This document shows positions 9,288 to 18,348 of a stretch of DNA of 60,328 nucleotides, piece by piece; positions within the stretch are counted from its first letter, which is position 1; each line of letters starts with the position of its first letter. The translations under genes were made by a program, and so were the position numbers. The DNA is from a virus (taxonomy: Duplodnaviria > Caudoviricetes): positions 1 through 60,328 of IMG/VR virus record IMGVR_UViG_3300042399_000237; one strand, written 5' to 3'. The notes under the pieces were generated by a model. It ran no database searches, was not told the origin of the DNA, and worked only from the letters and a program-made list of their open reading frames with translations.

Positions 9288-9502
9288 TATACGATTCTCC
9301 CTCTGGTCTTGCCTTTAGTGGCGATTCCATCAGCCCTTTTAGAAACTGACCCGCCTTTCCTGTATCCGGCTTCTTTCATCATTTCTTTATTAGGCTCATC
9401 CATCTCTGTAGCTGACAATGCCTTATCAAACGGCTTGGTCATCTTCTTCTGGAGATCTGGACCCAGCATAGCGCCGTATCCCATATTAGCTAAAGCACCC
9501 AT
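9287..9502 (-). CDS. Small GG-motif protein
   Basis: Ends YRKGGSVSKRADGIATKGKTRGRIV. Confidence 0.8.
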   Translation of the reverse strand: MGALANMGYGAMLGPDLQKKMTKPFDKALSATEMDEPNKEMMKEAGYRKGGSVSKRADGIATKGKTRGRIV

Positions 9503-9723
9503 TAGACGAACCTTCCTTTTGTTCTGCCCTTTGATTCTATCCCGCCACCCCGTACACCCTTAACTGATCCGCCTTTCTTCATGCCGACCGGTGGAGCTAC
9601 GCTCAAGAACCCCGGCTTTTGAGCCGGTGTTGAATTGTCAGGTGCGTTAATAGAAAGCAATGGAGACGGATTAGGAGTGCCGCCACTTACAGACCCACCC
9701 ATATCATATCTCTTAGCCTTCAT
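9502..9723 (-). CDS. Small GG-motif protein
   Basis: YDMGGSV...MKKGGSVKGVRGGGIESKGRTKGRFV. Confidence 0.8.
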   Translation of the reverse strand: MKAKRYDMGGSVSGGTPNPSPLLSINAPDNSTPAQKPGFLSVAPPVGMKKGGSVKGVRGGGIESKGRTKGRFV

Positions 9724-10172
9724 TAGATCATCCTGCCTTTTGTCTTGCCTTTAGTGGCGATTCCATCAGCCCTTTTAGAGGCTGATGACTTGACTGATCC
9801 ACCTTTTTTATATTTCTTTGTTTTACCCGCTATCTCAGAAAGATCTTTGAACATCGCATCTTTCTCTCCTTGCCGCTTATTCATAGCATTAAGAGCGTCC
9901 TTGTCCCGTGCGGCTGACATATTTTTTCTGTTTGTTTCCTTCAAGATCTCATTCTGCGCTGAAGGAATGTCATAAGGAGCTTTATTGCCAGTAGCTTCCA
10001 TGTGGTCAGAAATTTTGTCCCTAAGCGCACCCCTTGGATCAAATCTCATTGGATACTCTTCATCCGTAGGTCCGGGATACCCTGAAGCCTCGGCTTGCCT
10101 TTTTAAAGCCAACCTATCTACACGCTTATTAAAATCCCGACCCTCTCTCTGATCTTTAAAGAAATCAGCCAT
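9723..10172 (-). CDS. GG-motif protein
   Basis: Ends YKKGGSVKSSASKRADGIATKGKTKGRMI. Confidence 0.8.
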   Translation of the reverse strand: MADFFKDQREGRDFNKRVDRLALKRQAEASGYPGPTDEEYPMRFDPRGALRDKISDHMEATGNKAPYDIPSAQNEILKETNRKNMSAARDKDALNAMNKRQGEKDAMFKDLSEIAGKTKKYKKGGSVKSSASKRADGIATKGKTKGRMI

Positions 10173-10450
10173 TATATGATCCGTCCCTTGGTCTTACCTT
10201 GCTTGGCAATACCGTCCGCTCTCTTAGATGCAGAGATCATCCCGCCCTTAGCTCTACGAATAGGCTGACTGCGTGGAGGACCAACAGGAGTCATGCCAGC
10301 AGGAGGGGTAGCCCGTGTAGCCTTCTCGTACCCAAGGTTAGTATCCCTATCCATTGCATATTCATCACGGATACGCTTCATCTCTGCGCGTTCTGCTTCT
10401 GATGGAGTCGATTTATTCAATCCTGCGGTATATGCGGCTTGGTCTGCCAT
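10172..10450 (-). CDS. GG-motif protein
   Basis: Ends RAKGGMISASKRADGIAKQGKTKGRII. Confidence 0.8.
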   Translation of the reverse strand: MADQAAYTAGLNKSTPSEAERAEMKRIRDEYAMDRDTNLGYEKATRATPPAGMTPVGPPRSQPIRRAKGGMISASKRADGIAKQGKTKGRII

Positions 10451-10452
10451 GT

Positions 10453-10689
10453 TTATGCCTTATCTTGTTTAAGGTCTAACTTGTCAAAGATCTTTTCTAG
10501 CATCACTTCAACTTTATCAAACCTAGATTGGATGTCATCCTTCCTCGCATAATGCGAAGGAAGTGTTATCTCAATATTCTTAATGTCTGTCTTCATTCTT
10601 TCTACCGCATCCCAGAGTTGTCTAGAGAGCCATCCAACTATTGTCAGAATAACCCCAACCCCTAGGTTAATTAGTGTTTGCGGTTCCAT
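10453..10689 (-). CDS. Small membrane protein with coiled coil
   Basis: N-terminal TM segment (INLGVGVILTIVGWL) followed by an amphipathic tail. Confidence 0.7.
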   Translation of the reverse strand: MEPQTLINLGVGVILTIVGWLSRQLWDAVERMKTDIKNIEITLPSHYARKDDIQSRFDKVEVMLEKIFDKLDLKQDKA

Positions 10690-10692
10690 GCT

Positions 10693-11004
10693 TTACCCGT
10701 AAATAACGATTACTGATGCCGCGGTTCCGGTGTCTACATATACGCCATCCTGAGCCAATATTCCTTCTCCGGGGATAAGCAAGAAGAATGCACCTTGATT
10801 TGCTGCGGCTGGGGTAGGAAGAAGAATAACTGAAGGATCGGAATTGCTTGTGCCATTATAAAAAGAAATGGTCCCAGCGGTAGCTCCAGAAGTTCCGTAA
10901 ATAGCCTTTATGCGAATCCGTCCAAGGCTCTCTTGCGCTTGGTTCTCTAGTTGCCCATCTCCCGTCAAAGGAAACGAGGCTAATACATCATATTGCATAC
11001 CCAT
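10693..11004 (-). CDS. Virion structural protein
   Basis: MGMQYDV...IPGEGIL..DGVY motif; lies downstream of the capsid genes; AGGAG RBS. Confidence 0.65.
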   Translation of the reverse strand: MGMQYDVLASFPLTGDGQLENQAQESLGRIRIKAIYGTSGATAGTISFYNGTSNSDPSVILLPTPAAANQGAFFLLIPGEGILAQDGVYVDTGTAASVIVIYG

Positions 11005-11027
11005 GATCAATCTCCTGTAGGGTGAGA

Positions 11028-11180
11028 CTATGCCGGTTTAGATGCCTCAAGTCTGCTAATCTTTGCTATTAACTCAGCATTTTCTTTAGCAAGTTTGGCG
11101 GCATGTCCCATTGCATAGTCTCTTTGGGCTTCCAGAAGCGCCACAATCGTAGCGACTTCTGGATCTTCATGAGTCAGCAT
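11028..11180 (-). CDS. Small coiled-coil protein (50 aa)
   Basis: MLTHEDPEVATIVALLEAQRDYAMGHAAKLAKENAELIAKISRLEASKPA; TAATG-coupled. Confidence 0.65.
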   Translation of the reverse strand: MLTHEDPEVATIVALLEAQRDYAMGHAAKLAKENAELIAKISRLEASKPA

Positions 11181-11908
11181 TAGACAGTAACAGCTTGCCA
11201 GTTGCCAGAAGCATCAGATACAAACAATAGTCCATCGGTAGAATCAATACCTAACGAACCTTTGCCTACACCAGAAGCAGCACCATCAACAAAATTACCT
11301 ACCTTGATGACAACAGGAGCAGCGGCAGCATCATTAGCTAGGCGAATCTCAGCCGTTTTGTAGGCTATAACTCCAGAAGGACCACCAGCATCAGCAATAG
11401 GGTCTTGCATCTTCAAGTCCAGACCGTATGTAAAGCCAGAACCTGCTGTGGTTTGAGCCATTGCAACACCAAACGCTGCGCGGCAAGTTGTCACACCGGA
11501 GTCACCCTGCATAAATGCCATAACAGCGGCATCACCAGATAAAGTGTTGGTATTAATAATGCCCATTACACCGGACATCAAACCGTTATTAGCGTATGAA
11601 CCAATAACCGCAAAATTACCAGCTACGCCGGTAATATGGTTAAAAGTTGTTGTAGGGGTTGTAGCAAACGGCGCGCCAGTTTGAGTGCGCCCAAACACAC
11701 CATATGCTTCACCCGGAAGTTGATAGTCGCTAGAACCAAAACCTGTGGTTGGCTCGATGCGTGTATAAAAACCATACGCTCCGGAGCCGGTATTTATTTC
11801 AACTATTGAACCAGAGTTAACAGTAACTGGAGTTAAAGGTCCTTGTGAGCTTGCGTCTCCGCCTTGATATCCAGCCCGCACTGGTCCCGAAAAAGTAGTT
11901 TTTGCCAT
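11180..11908 (-). CDS. Putative capsid decoration/head fibre protein
   Basis: MAKTTFSGPVRAG N-terminus is typical of genes after Mu gpT-like capsids; AAGGA RBS places the start at 11908. Confidence 0.6.
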   Translation of the reverse strand: MAKTTFSGPVRAGYQGGDASSQGPLTPVTVNSGSIVEINTGSGAYGFYTRIEPTTGFGSSDYQLPGEAYGVFGRTQTGAPFATTPTTTFNHITGVAGNFAVIGSYANNGLMSGVMGIINTNTLSGDAAVMAFMQGDSGVTTCRAAFGVAMAQTTAGSGFTYGLDLKMQDPIADAGGPSGVIAYKTAEIRLANDAAAAPVVIKVGNFVDGAASGVGKGSLGIDSTDGLLFVSDASGNWQAVTV

Positions 11909-11919
11909 GATATATTTCC

Positions 11920-11995
11920 TTTGTGTTATAGCACATGCCCATACAGTCTCTATAATGTCTGCCAAGCCAGTCTGTATGAGTCGAGGTTCTTGGTT
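11920..11995 (-). ncRNA. Candidate structured RNA downstream of the capsid gene (Mu-gpT-DE-like)
   Basis: Interleaved pairings CCAAG/CTTGG and CATACAG/CTGTATG. The position just downstream of a Mu gpT-like gene matches the described Mu-gpT-DE motif. Not verified with a covariance model. Confidence 0.5.
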
Positions 11996-12001
11996 ATTAT
12001 C

Positions 12002-12030
12002 TTTTTATCACCTTATATAAACAGTGTCAA
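12002..12030 (-). promoter_or_regulatory. Putative sigma70 promoter
   Basis: TTGACA-N17-TAAAAA just after the capsid terminator. Confidence 0.45.
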
Positions 12031-12035
12031 GGGAC

Positions 12036-12061
12036 AAAAGAAAGGGGGACCGAAGTCCCCC
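12036..12061 (-). terminator. Rho-independent terminator after the major capsid gene
   Basis: GGGGGAC-TTCG-GTCCCCC followed by TTTCTTTT. Confidence 0.9.
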
Positions 12062-12080
12062 AAACTAGCACAAATACTAC

Positions 12081-12995
12081 TTATGCCTGACCTTCGGAAC
12101 CAAACATTCCGAGAGGATCTGACCAGCCAAAGCTATAACGCTCACGGCTCTTGTAGCGGACGTTGCCCGTATCAAAGTCTCCGTCCATCGACTGAGCTAA
12201 TGGTGAGCGCACAAAGTGCTTCAGACCGTTAGGTACATCTGTGGTCAGGAACCATGCATCGGTGTCGGTCAAGAAGTGATTGACACAATATCCACCGGGG
12301 ATCGAACCGTTGTTCTTCAATGCATTGATGTCGTTGTCAGCAGTTCCAGTACGCAGTTCTGTTTCCAGAATACGGGTTGCAACAAACATCAGTGAAGGAG
12401 GAACAACCAACTTGCGAGGTTTAGCAGCGATCAGCAAACCACGTTCGTCAGTCCAAGCAGCGATCTGAATGACAGCCGCTTCCAAGGACGTTTCGTTCAA
12501 GTCAGCAGGGGTGGCTGGAATGTTGCTGTTTGTGCCGCCACCGGTTAATGGGTGTGCGTTACTGAACAATGCAACATTGTCACCACCGGGGTAAGAACCT
12601 GAAAATCCGTTGTTCAGGATGTTCGCGCCCTTAACTTGCTTGGTGTATGCCATAGCACGAGCCAAAGCCTTGGTGTAACGAGCTGAGAGAGAATCGTACA
12701 AGTTATCTTCGATTGCTTCTTCGGTCAGCGAGAAACCAAGAGCGATAGTTTCGTGTTGATAGCGTGAGGTCCAAGCTTCTTGAGCATTGTCGTAAGCGAT
12801 GGCAGAGCCTTCGTTCTTGACAGGTGCTGCTGAGAAGCCAGCCAGTTTTGTTTCTTCTTCGAAGGAACGCTCAGAGGTTTCTGTTTCGAAAATCTCTTTG
12901 TGTTCTTCGCCGTAACGAGCGTACTCCAAACCAAATAAGGCATTCAGCCCCGGGAGTAACTCTTTTAGCAGTTGTGCGCGTGATATAGCAGCCAT
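12081..12995 (-). CDS. Major capsid protein (Mu gpT-like)
   Basis: ISRAQLLKELLPGLNALFGLEY...EEAIEDNLYD...DGDFDTGNVRYKSRERYSFGWSDP; followed by a strong terminator. Confidence 0.9.
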   Translation of the reverse strand: MAAISRAQLLKELLPGLNALFGLEYARYGEEHKEIFETETSERSFEEETKLAGFSAAPVKNEGSAIAYDNAQEAWTSRYQHETIALGFSLTEEAIEDNLYDSLSARYTKALARAMAYTKQVKGANILNNGFSGSYPGGDNVALFSNAHPLTGGGTNSNIPATPADLNETSLEAAVIQIAAWTDERGLLIAAKPRKLVVPPSLMFVATRILETELRTGTADNDINALKNNGSIPGGYCVNHFLTDTDAWFLTTDVPNGLKHFVRSPLAQSMDGDFDTGNVRYKSRERYSFGWSDPLGMFGSEGQA

Positions 12996-13009
12996 TTAAG
13001 TAACTCCTT

Positions 13010-13627
13010 TTAGGCGTAAGCCAAACCTGTTGCATTGTTATACTGATGAATACCGAAGTTAATCTTAACAATTACTTCAGCGTAGTTGCCAGCCGAAGGA
13101 GCTGTTGCAGGAATAACATCGATAACCCGTACTGGGAACGTATTGGTAGCTGCTGGTGAGGAGCTTAGAACGGAAAAGTTGCTGTTTCCGGTAGCTGTGT
13201 TACCAGCGGTTGCCAGAATTGACATGTTTGTGCCAATTGCATTTTGCGTAACGGTAGCCATTACAACTCCGCTTGAGCAAACTGCGACTTGGAACAAGGT
13301 GTCAGGATCATCTGCAACAGTAGCGTAGATTTCGGTGTTTGCTTGAACCGAAACTGAAGCTGGATAGTATTGCGATTGAACTGGCTGTTTCGTTACTGCG
13401 CTGACGTAGGTGCAACCAAGAAACACACCGACAGGGGTGTTAGCGGTTGTTCCGTCATCAAGCTCAACAAATCCACCAACAACTCTTTTTACAAAATCAC
13501 CGTAAAAAATGTTAGTAGCGTATGTTGGTTCAATTTCCATCTGACGAGTGGCTCCAGCATATACTTGTCCACCGATCAGGTTTATGGGTTTTAGCCCATA
13601 AGGTCCATTTATAGTAGGGTAAGCCAT
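13010..13627 (-). CDS. Capsid cement/decoration protein
   Basis: 205 aa directly upstream of the capsid gene; PYGLKP...IFYGD...GVFLGC...VADDPD. Confidence 0.65.
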   Translation of the reverse strand: MAYPTINGPYGLKPINLIGGQVYAGATRQMEIEPTYATNIFYGDFVKRVVGGFVELDDGTTANTPVGVFLGCTYVSAVTKQPVQSQYYPASVSVQANTEIYATVADDPDTLFQVAVCSSGVVMATVTQNAIGTNMSILATAGNTATGNSNFSVLSSSPAATNTFPVRVIDVIPATAPSAGNYAEVIVKINFGIHQYNNATGLAYA

Positions 13628-13639
13628 TTAAATACTCCT

Positions 13640-14074
13640 TTAGTCTCTTCTGCCTCTGCTTGTGGACGACTTGCGCTCACTGAAAAGAGGCATACGAGGA
13701 TCATTTTCTCTCATTAGATTAGAGTCTACAGCGGCTGTCTGGGCATCTGTGATCTTGCGGTAATGAGCATTCCGCTGGTTCACAAAGTCCGTAGGCATAC
13801 TGCAAAGTACTAATCCGCCTGTTTCGACGAGTCCTGTAGTCCTACCCGAATACTGCAATTCCGGGTGATCTTCTCTTTTAATAGGAATCCAGCCCTCTTC
13901 TTGTTTAGACATCATGTTCCGGTCATCTACTTGTCCCTGCATCATCTTTCTGATCCAGCGATAAGAAGTGCCTTCTACTTGTCTTGGAACTGGAAGTAAA
14001 GACGGAGGTGTCCAAGCCGTTTTACGTTCCATTGTTGTGCGTGTTACTACATCCCGTGGGGTTCTATCGGACAT
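13640..14074 (-). CDS. Head-module protein
   Basis: WTPPSLLPVP...YRWIR...EGW...GGLVLC...MRENDPRMP; start set at MSDRT. Confidence 0.7.
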   Translation of the reverse strand: MSDRTPRDVVTRTTMERKTAWTPPSLLPVPRQVEGTSYRWIRKMMQGQVDDRNMMSKQEEGWIPIKREDHPELQYSGRTTGLVETGGLVLCSMPTDFVNQRNAHYRKITDAQTAAVDSNLMRENDPRMPLFSERKSSTSRGRRD

Positions 14075-14948
14075 TGTTAAGCTCCTTGGCAGCATAAGCC
14101 GCATAAGTTTCTAGTGGAAGGTTAAGTCGTTTAGCAAGAGCGACTTGAGACTTTGTAAGCGAGATTTTTTTAGTACCCGCTGTACCTCTAGAAGCAGAAG
14201 CAACAACATTCGCGGCAGGTCTCTTGGACCCGAATTTTTGCGGGAATTCCTCCCGGATGCGAGCGTTTAAGCGCTCGAAGTAGATATCTGAACCTGCAAC
14301 GTATCCGGTCTTAACCAGATCGTCGTGTATTCCAAAAGCTGCGCCCCGCATAACTGAGTCTTTATCAAACCAGTCGTTTTCTTCAACCCATTGCTGGGTG
14401 CGTTCATCAGGGACAATCTCAGGTTGTCTTTCTACTACCTTTTGTTCGTGATGTAAAGGGGCTTGATACTGATGTTGATAGTTGTCAAGTTCCCTTTTAT
14501 AAACAACATTTTCCGACAAGAGTTTTTGGGCTGCAATAATGCGGTCAGTATCACCCGCTTCAAAAGCATCCTTGTACTCACGCTCTGCATGAGCCATCTG
14601 AGATGCGGTGCGCTGCTTGCTTGACTCTACAAGCTCTAGTTCACCAGCAGAAAGACGGTCTTTCAGTTGTTTATTTTCTACGGCTAATTGCTTTGTAAAG
14701 GCAACTGTTTCGTTCTGTTCACGACCAAGACGCTCTTTCTCTCTGCGCTCATCATGATAAGCCCGACTTAACTCTTTAATGCGCTTCTTTACGTTATCGG
14801 AGTATTGAGATATCTCATCATCTGAGGCGTCTACATCTCCTTTTGCCCGATACTCTTTTCCCTTATCAGCCTCCGGGGTATCGTCTACAACCTCTATTTC
14901 AAACCTTTCTTCCGGTTCATCTGATTCTGTTTCATAGTTCTCGTCCAT
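14064..14948 (-). CDS. Putative capsid scaffolding protein
   Basis: Acidic N-terminus, long coiled coil, C-terminal LTKSQVALAKRLNLPLETYA; GGAGGAG RBS before MDENY. Confidence 0.7.
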   Translation of the reverse strand: MDENYETESDEPEERFEIEVVDDTPEADKGKEYRAKGDVDASDDEISQYSDNVKKRIKELSRAYHDERREKERLGREQNETVAFTKQLAVENKQLKDRLSAGELELVESSKQRTASQMAHAEREYKDAFEAGDTDRIIAAQKLLSENVVYKRELDNYQHQYQAPLHHEQKVVERQPEIVPDERTQQWVEENDWFDKDSVMRGAAFGIHDDLVKTGYVAGSDIYFERLNARIREEFPQKFGSKRPAANVVASASRGTAGTKKISLTKSQVALAKRLNLPLETYAAYAAKELNNVR

Positions 14949-14958
14949 AACTCCTCCT

Positions 14959-15324
14959 TTAAATGCGGGTAACAACCCGTGGATCAGCAACAACAGCCTC
15001 AACGGTGTCATCGTTAATTATGCGAAACTCTTGATCACCTTCAGGCGTGGTGATTTTGAACCTCGTACCAGAATACGACCTCATAATGATGTAGTCGCCT
15101 TCAGCACACCAAGGACCGTCTGGAAACTTCTCAGGGTCTTGATACGCCATAGAACCTAGGGTGACAACAACTCCTACAATTGATGCCGTCTCCTCTCTAC
15201 GCCTTTGGTCTTCAGGTATTAATATTTTCGAATCCTTAAACTCCTTATCCTTCTTCGGTATAGCAATCAGGATTCGGTAGCCCTTGGGTATCGGTAGTTC
15301 TAACTTGCTTGCTTCTTCAGTCAT
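14959..15324 (-). CDS. groES: Co-chaperonin GroES/Cpn10-like protein
   Basis: PKGYRILI...ILIPE...GVVVTLG..AY...GPWC.EGD...YSGTRF...EFRIINDDTVEAVV. Confidence 0.85.
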   Translation of the reverse strand: MTEEASKLELPIPKGYRILIAIPKKDKEFKDSKILIPEDQRRREETASIVGVVVTLGSMAYQDPEKFPDGPWCAEGDYIIMRSYSGTRFKITTPEGDQEFRIINDDTVEAVVADPRVVTRI

Positions 15325-15487
15325 CAGGTAAATCCTCTAACAGTCTTAGCACTCGCTGGATACCACGAATCTCGCCCACTATCTCTCGATAGGCGGCGAA
15401 ATCTTCAACAGGATTGAAGGCGAGTGTATCCTTCAGTCCTTGCTGATCTATACTCAATTCCCGATGCAGATAATGTTTAAGCTCCAC
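15317..15487 (-). CDS. Small phage protein (56 aa)
   Basis: GTG start overlaps the portal end: MELKHYLHRELSIDQQGLKDTLAFNPVEDFAAYREIVGEIRGIQRVLRLLEDLPDD. Confidence 0.7.
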   Translation of the reverse strand: MELKHYLHRELSIDQQGLKDTLAFNPVEDFAAYREIVGEIRGIQRVLRLLEDLPDD

Positions 15488-17963
15488 TATCGTTTCCTGA
15501 CTTTAATGCGTCTGAAGTTAATTTAGCCTGAGCAGAACTTCGCTTTAGCTCCCTATCCAGAGTTGATTTGGAAAGATCTGAACTTATCTGCAGGTTGTCT
15601 AGGGTCTGTTTGATTTGCAACTCCTGCTCTTTGAATTCCCTATTCTTCTGGTTATCAGAGAGTCTTGCTTCTACTTGCATTGAACCTATTTCTGTTTGAG
15701 ACTGAATACGCAGGCGCTCTAATTGATCCTTGCTTTGCAATTCTTCCCTTGCAAACTCTAGATCTGCCTGATCTTTTGCTGCCTTTCTTTGCTGTTCTGC
15801 CTGCTTCAATTGCAGCTCTTGCTGCTGCATCTGAACCAGAGGATCTTGTTGAGCAACGGCTGCTTGCTCTTGTTGAGCTTCTGCCTGATCTTTCTGGAGC
15901 AGCTTGTCTGAGGCATCGGCTATAGCCTTTGACAAAGCCACCTCGATATCTTCTGGCAATGGCTCGTCCGGCGGAGGCAACTGAACGCCCAGCATCTTCT
16001 CGATCTCTATCCGGTACTGGAACCCAGCATGTTGAGCGACATGAGACTGCAAAGCCGCCTGAATGGTAGGAGCCTGTGGGTTTTGACCGATCAGCTTCTG
16101 CATCTTTGGGTCCATGATGGCGTTTAAATGCACCTTAATATGGGACTCATGATCCTGATAAAGGAACGCTTTAACCGGCTTTCCAGACAAAATACACATG
16201 TTTTCTGACACTGGATCTTTAGGTTTAATGTCATCTTCTACTGGAACTAGCTTCTCTACGTTCTTGATTCCTAACACTTCTAGCATTTGCCTGTGGAGCT
16301 GCGGCAGGTCATAGATAGCGGGTGCTGTGGTGGCAAGTTGCAGGGCTGCTTGGTACTGAACGACCCGTTGAGCCATTGTTGATGCGTTAGGGTCTGATAC
16401 AGGGATGATTTCTACTATGTCGTAATCCTGTTTCTTAGCCTTTCTTGCATTATCTGCAGAGACATCCACCTCATAGTCATAGTCTTCAGGGGTGTAATCC
16501 CGAACAATGCCTGCTAGGAGTTTAAACTCTTGCTTCATTGCTGCATGAACACGGGCTTGGACTGCGCTCATGACCTTTAGCGTCCTCTCTAGGATCGCTA
16601 GGGTCGTCCCAACAGGAGCTTGAGCCGACATATCGCCTACTTTCAGGTCTGCAACTGAAGCAAACTTTCTCCCTTCTTCTACGATGGTCTGCAAAAGCTG
16701 ATAAAGGGTAGCTGAAGGCTCTTTATATGGCAGGGGAATGATTGAATCCTTGATTGTCATCCCAGTTACGTCCACATCTCGCCATTCTCCCGGTGCTATG
16801 GGGGTGTCGTCACCCTTAACACGCAGGTCTTTGGACTTAAATCCACCCGGAAGGTTGGATAATGTCCCAGCATCTACTAATTGACGCAGAATTGAGGTGG
16901 CAGACTTAGCAAATCCACCAACAAGATGGATTAATCCAAATCCATAGAAGCCAAAGCCGGGAATATAGGGATAATGGACAAAATGCATACGCTTTTCGCG
17001 TAGCTTGTCATCTTCTAGGTAGTTTCTGCGGATAGATAGAATCTCACCAGAGGAAACGATGGTGACAACATAGGGCAGAGCAATTCCATCTGGGTCTTCA
17101 TACCCCGGCATATCATAATCAAGATGCACTTCATAGATAAGCTGGCGATCATCCTCAATAATGTTAACGCCGACCTCATCATCCTTCTTCTTTTCTATTT
17201 CTGTAACGGTTGTATCGGGGTCTCCAAGCTCTATATCCCGATAGAAGCCAGCAACCATTAATTTGCGGATGAGGTTCGGGGTCTTACGCATTCTATGCGT
17301 GACCCTTGGCGAGGAGAACAAATCAGACGCGCCATAAGGGACGATTACGTCCTCTGCTGGGACAAACATCGAGACCTGACGGCAGAGACTTGGGTCATAA
17401 TAGACTTTCTTAAATGCCGATCCTGAAATCGGCAGATTCCAGAGAAGCCTTTCATGCTCTTGGCGATACTCAACCATATTCTCAGTTAATTCATAGTTCA
17501 TGTCTTCAGCAACACGAGCAGCAGCCTCTTCCTTCTCAGCGGTGACCATTCCAATAATCTTTGTCTTTACTGGACCTGACGCAGGGAATGTCTCGATAAT
17601 TGTCTCTGACTGAAACTTAACTACAGACTCAGCTAGGATTGGATGAAACACGCCACAAGCCCCATCCCAAGGCTCTGTACGGTCTTCTATCTTTAATCCC
17701 AATAGCTCTAGACCTTCTTTATATGTTCTTTCCCATTCTTTTCTGGAGCTAACGTCTGTACGAATGTCGTCTAATATTTCTGATGAAATAGATTCCAGAT
17801 CTGCCTCTGGAATTACCTCTGCAAGATTGTCATCGAATGATTCAACATTAATTTCTACAATAACACTGCCATCATCTTCTACTGGTAACTCATACTCAAC
17901 AGCCTCTTCTTCTGTAGAGTCTAGTCCTACCGGCAGGTTATATAATGATTTACTAATCGCCAT
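15477..17963 (-). CDS. Portal protein (P22-like, long C-terminal coiled coil)
   Basis: 828 aa after TerL; PWDGACGVFHP...GSAFKKVYYD...LVDAGTLSNLPGG; Q-rich coiled-coil C-terminus. Confidence 0.85.
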   Translation of the reverse strand: MAISKSLYNLPVGLDSTEEEAVEYELPVEDDGSVIVEINVESFDDNLAEVIPEADLESISSEILDDIRTDVSSRKEWERTYKEGLELLGLKIEDRTEPWDGACGVFHPILAESVVKFQSETIIETFPASGPVKTKIIGMVTAEKEEAAARVAEDMNYELTENMVEYRQEHERLLWNLPISGSAFKKVYYDPSLCRQVSMFVPAEDVIVPYGASDLFSSPRVTHRMRKTPNLIRKLMVAGFYRDIELGDPDTTVTEIEKKKDDEVGVNIIEDDRQLIYEVHLDYDMPGYEDPDGIALPYVVTIVSSGEILSIRRNYLEDDKLREKRMHFVHYPYIPGFGFYGFGLIHLVGGFAKSATSILRQLVDAGTLSNLPGGFKSKDLRVKGDDTPIAPGEWRDVDVTGMTIKDSIIPLPYKEPSATLYQLLQTIVEEGRKFASVADLKVGDMSAQAPVGTTLAILERTLKVMSAVQARVHAAMKQEFKLLAGIVRDYTPEDYDYEVDVSADNARKAKKQDYDIVEIIPVSDPNASTMAQRVVQYQAALQLATTAPAIYDLPQLHRQMLEVLGIKNVEKLVPVEDDIKPKDPVSENMCILSGKPVKAFLYQDHESHIKVHLNAIMDPKMQKLIGQNPQAPTIQAALQSHVAQHAGFQYRIEIEKMLGVQLPPPDEPLPEDIEVALSKAIADASDKLLQKDQAEAQQEQAAVAQQDPLVQMQQQELQLKQAEQQRKAAKDQADLEFAREELQSKDQLERLRIQSQTEIGSMQVEARLSDNQKNREFKEQELQIKQTLDNLQISSDLSKSTLDRELKRSSAQAKLTSDALKSGNDSGA

Positions 17964-18348
17964 GATTTATCTTCCTATTTTTTGACTGGTGGATAAAGTC
18001 TTTAACTTCGTCTGTAGACGGAGGGTCATACATTGGCATTTTCTGCTTTGCCAGTTCTAATAAATATTTATTTGTCCTTCTTAGCTTCTGTTGTCTGCGT
18101 AACCATTTTGCTGGGTCTTCTAGGAATCTTTTTATTCCATAAAGATGCCACAATAGATATCCTCTGACCGTCCCTATGTCCAAGAGGTCTTTTGGTTCTA
18201 GAGATATTTTTACCCACTTAGTAATACGCTGCCTTCTTTGGAATAAACATTTTATCTTCCTCATCTGAGGAGAGATGAATAAAGCCGCCTCGTCTAAATC
18301 TGAGCAATGCTTGGGTGGTTGAATCAACCAAGTCATCATGGTCCCCAT
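17953..18348 (-). CDS. Hypothetical protein between TerL and portal (start uncertain)
   Basis: The 3' part fills the 255-nt gap; the annotated start overlaps TerL by 131 nt and is probably too far upstream. Confidence 0.4.
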   Translation of the reverse strand: MGTMMTWLIQPPKHCSDLDEAALFISPQMRKIKCLFQRRQRITKWVKISLEPKDLLDIGTVRGYLLWHLYGIKRFLEDPAKWLRRQQKLRRTNKYLLELAKQKMPMYDPPSTDEVKDFIHQSKNRKINHGD

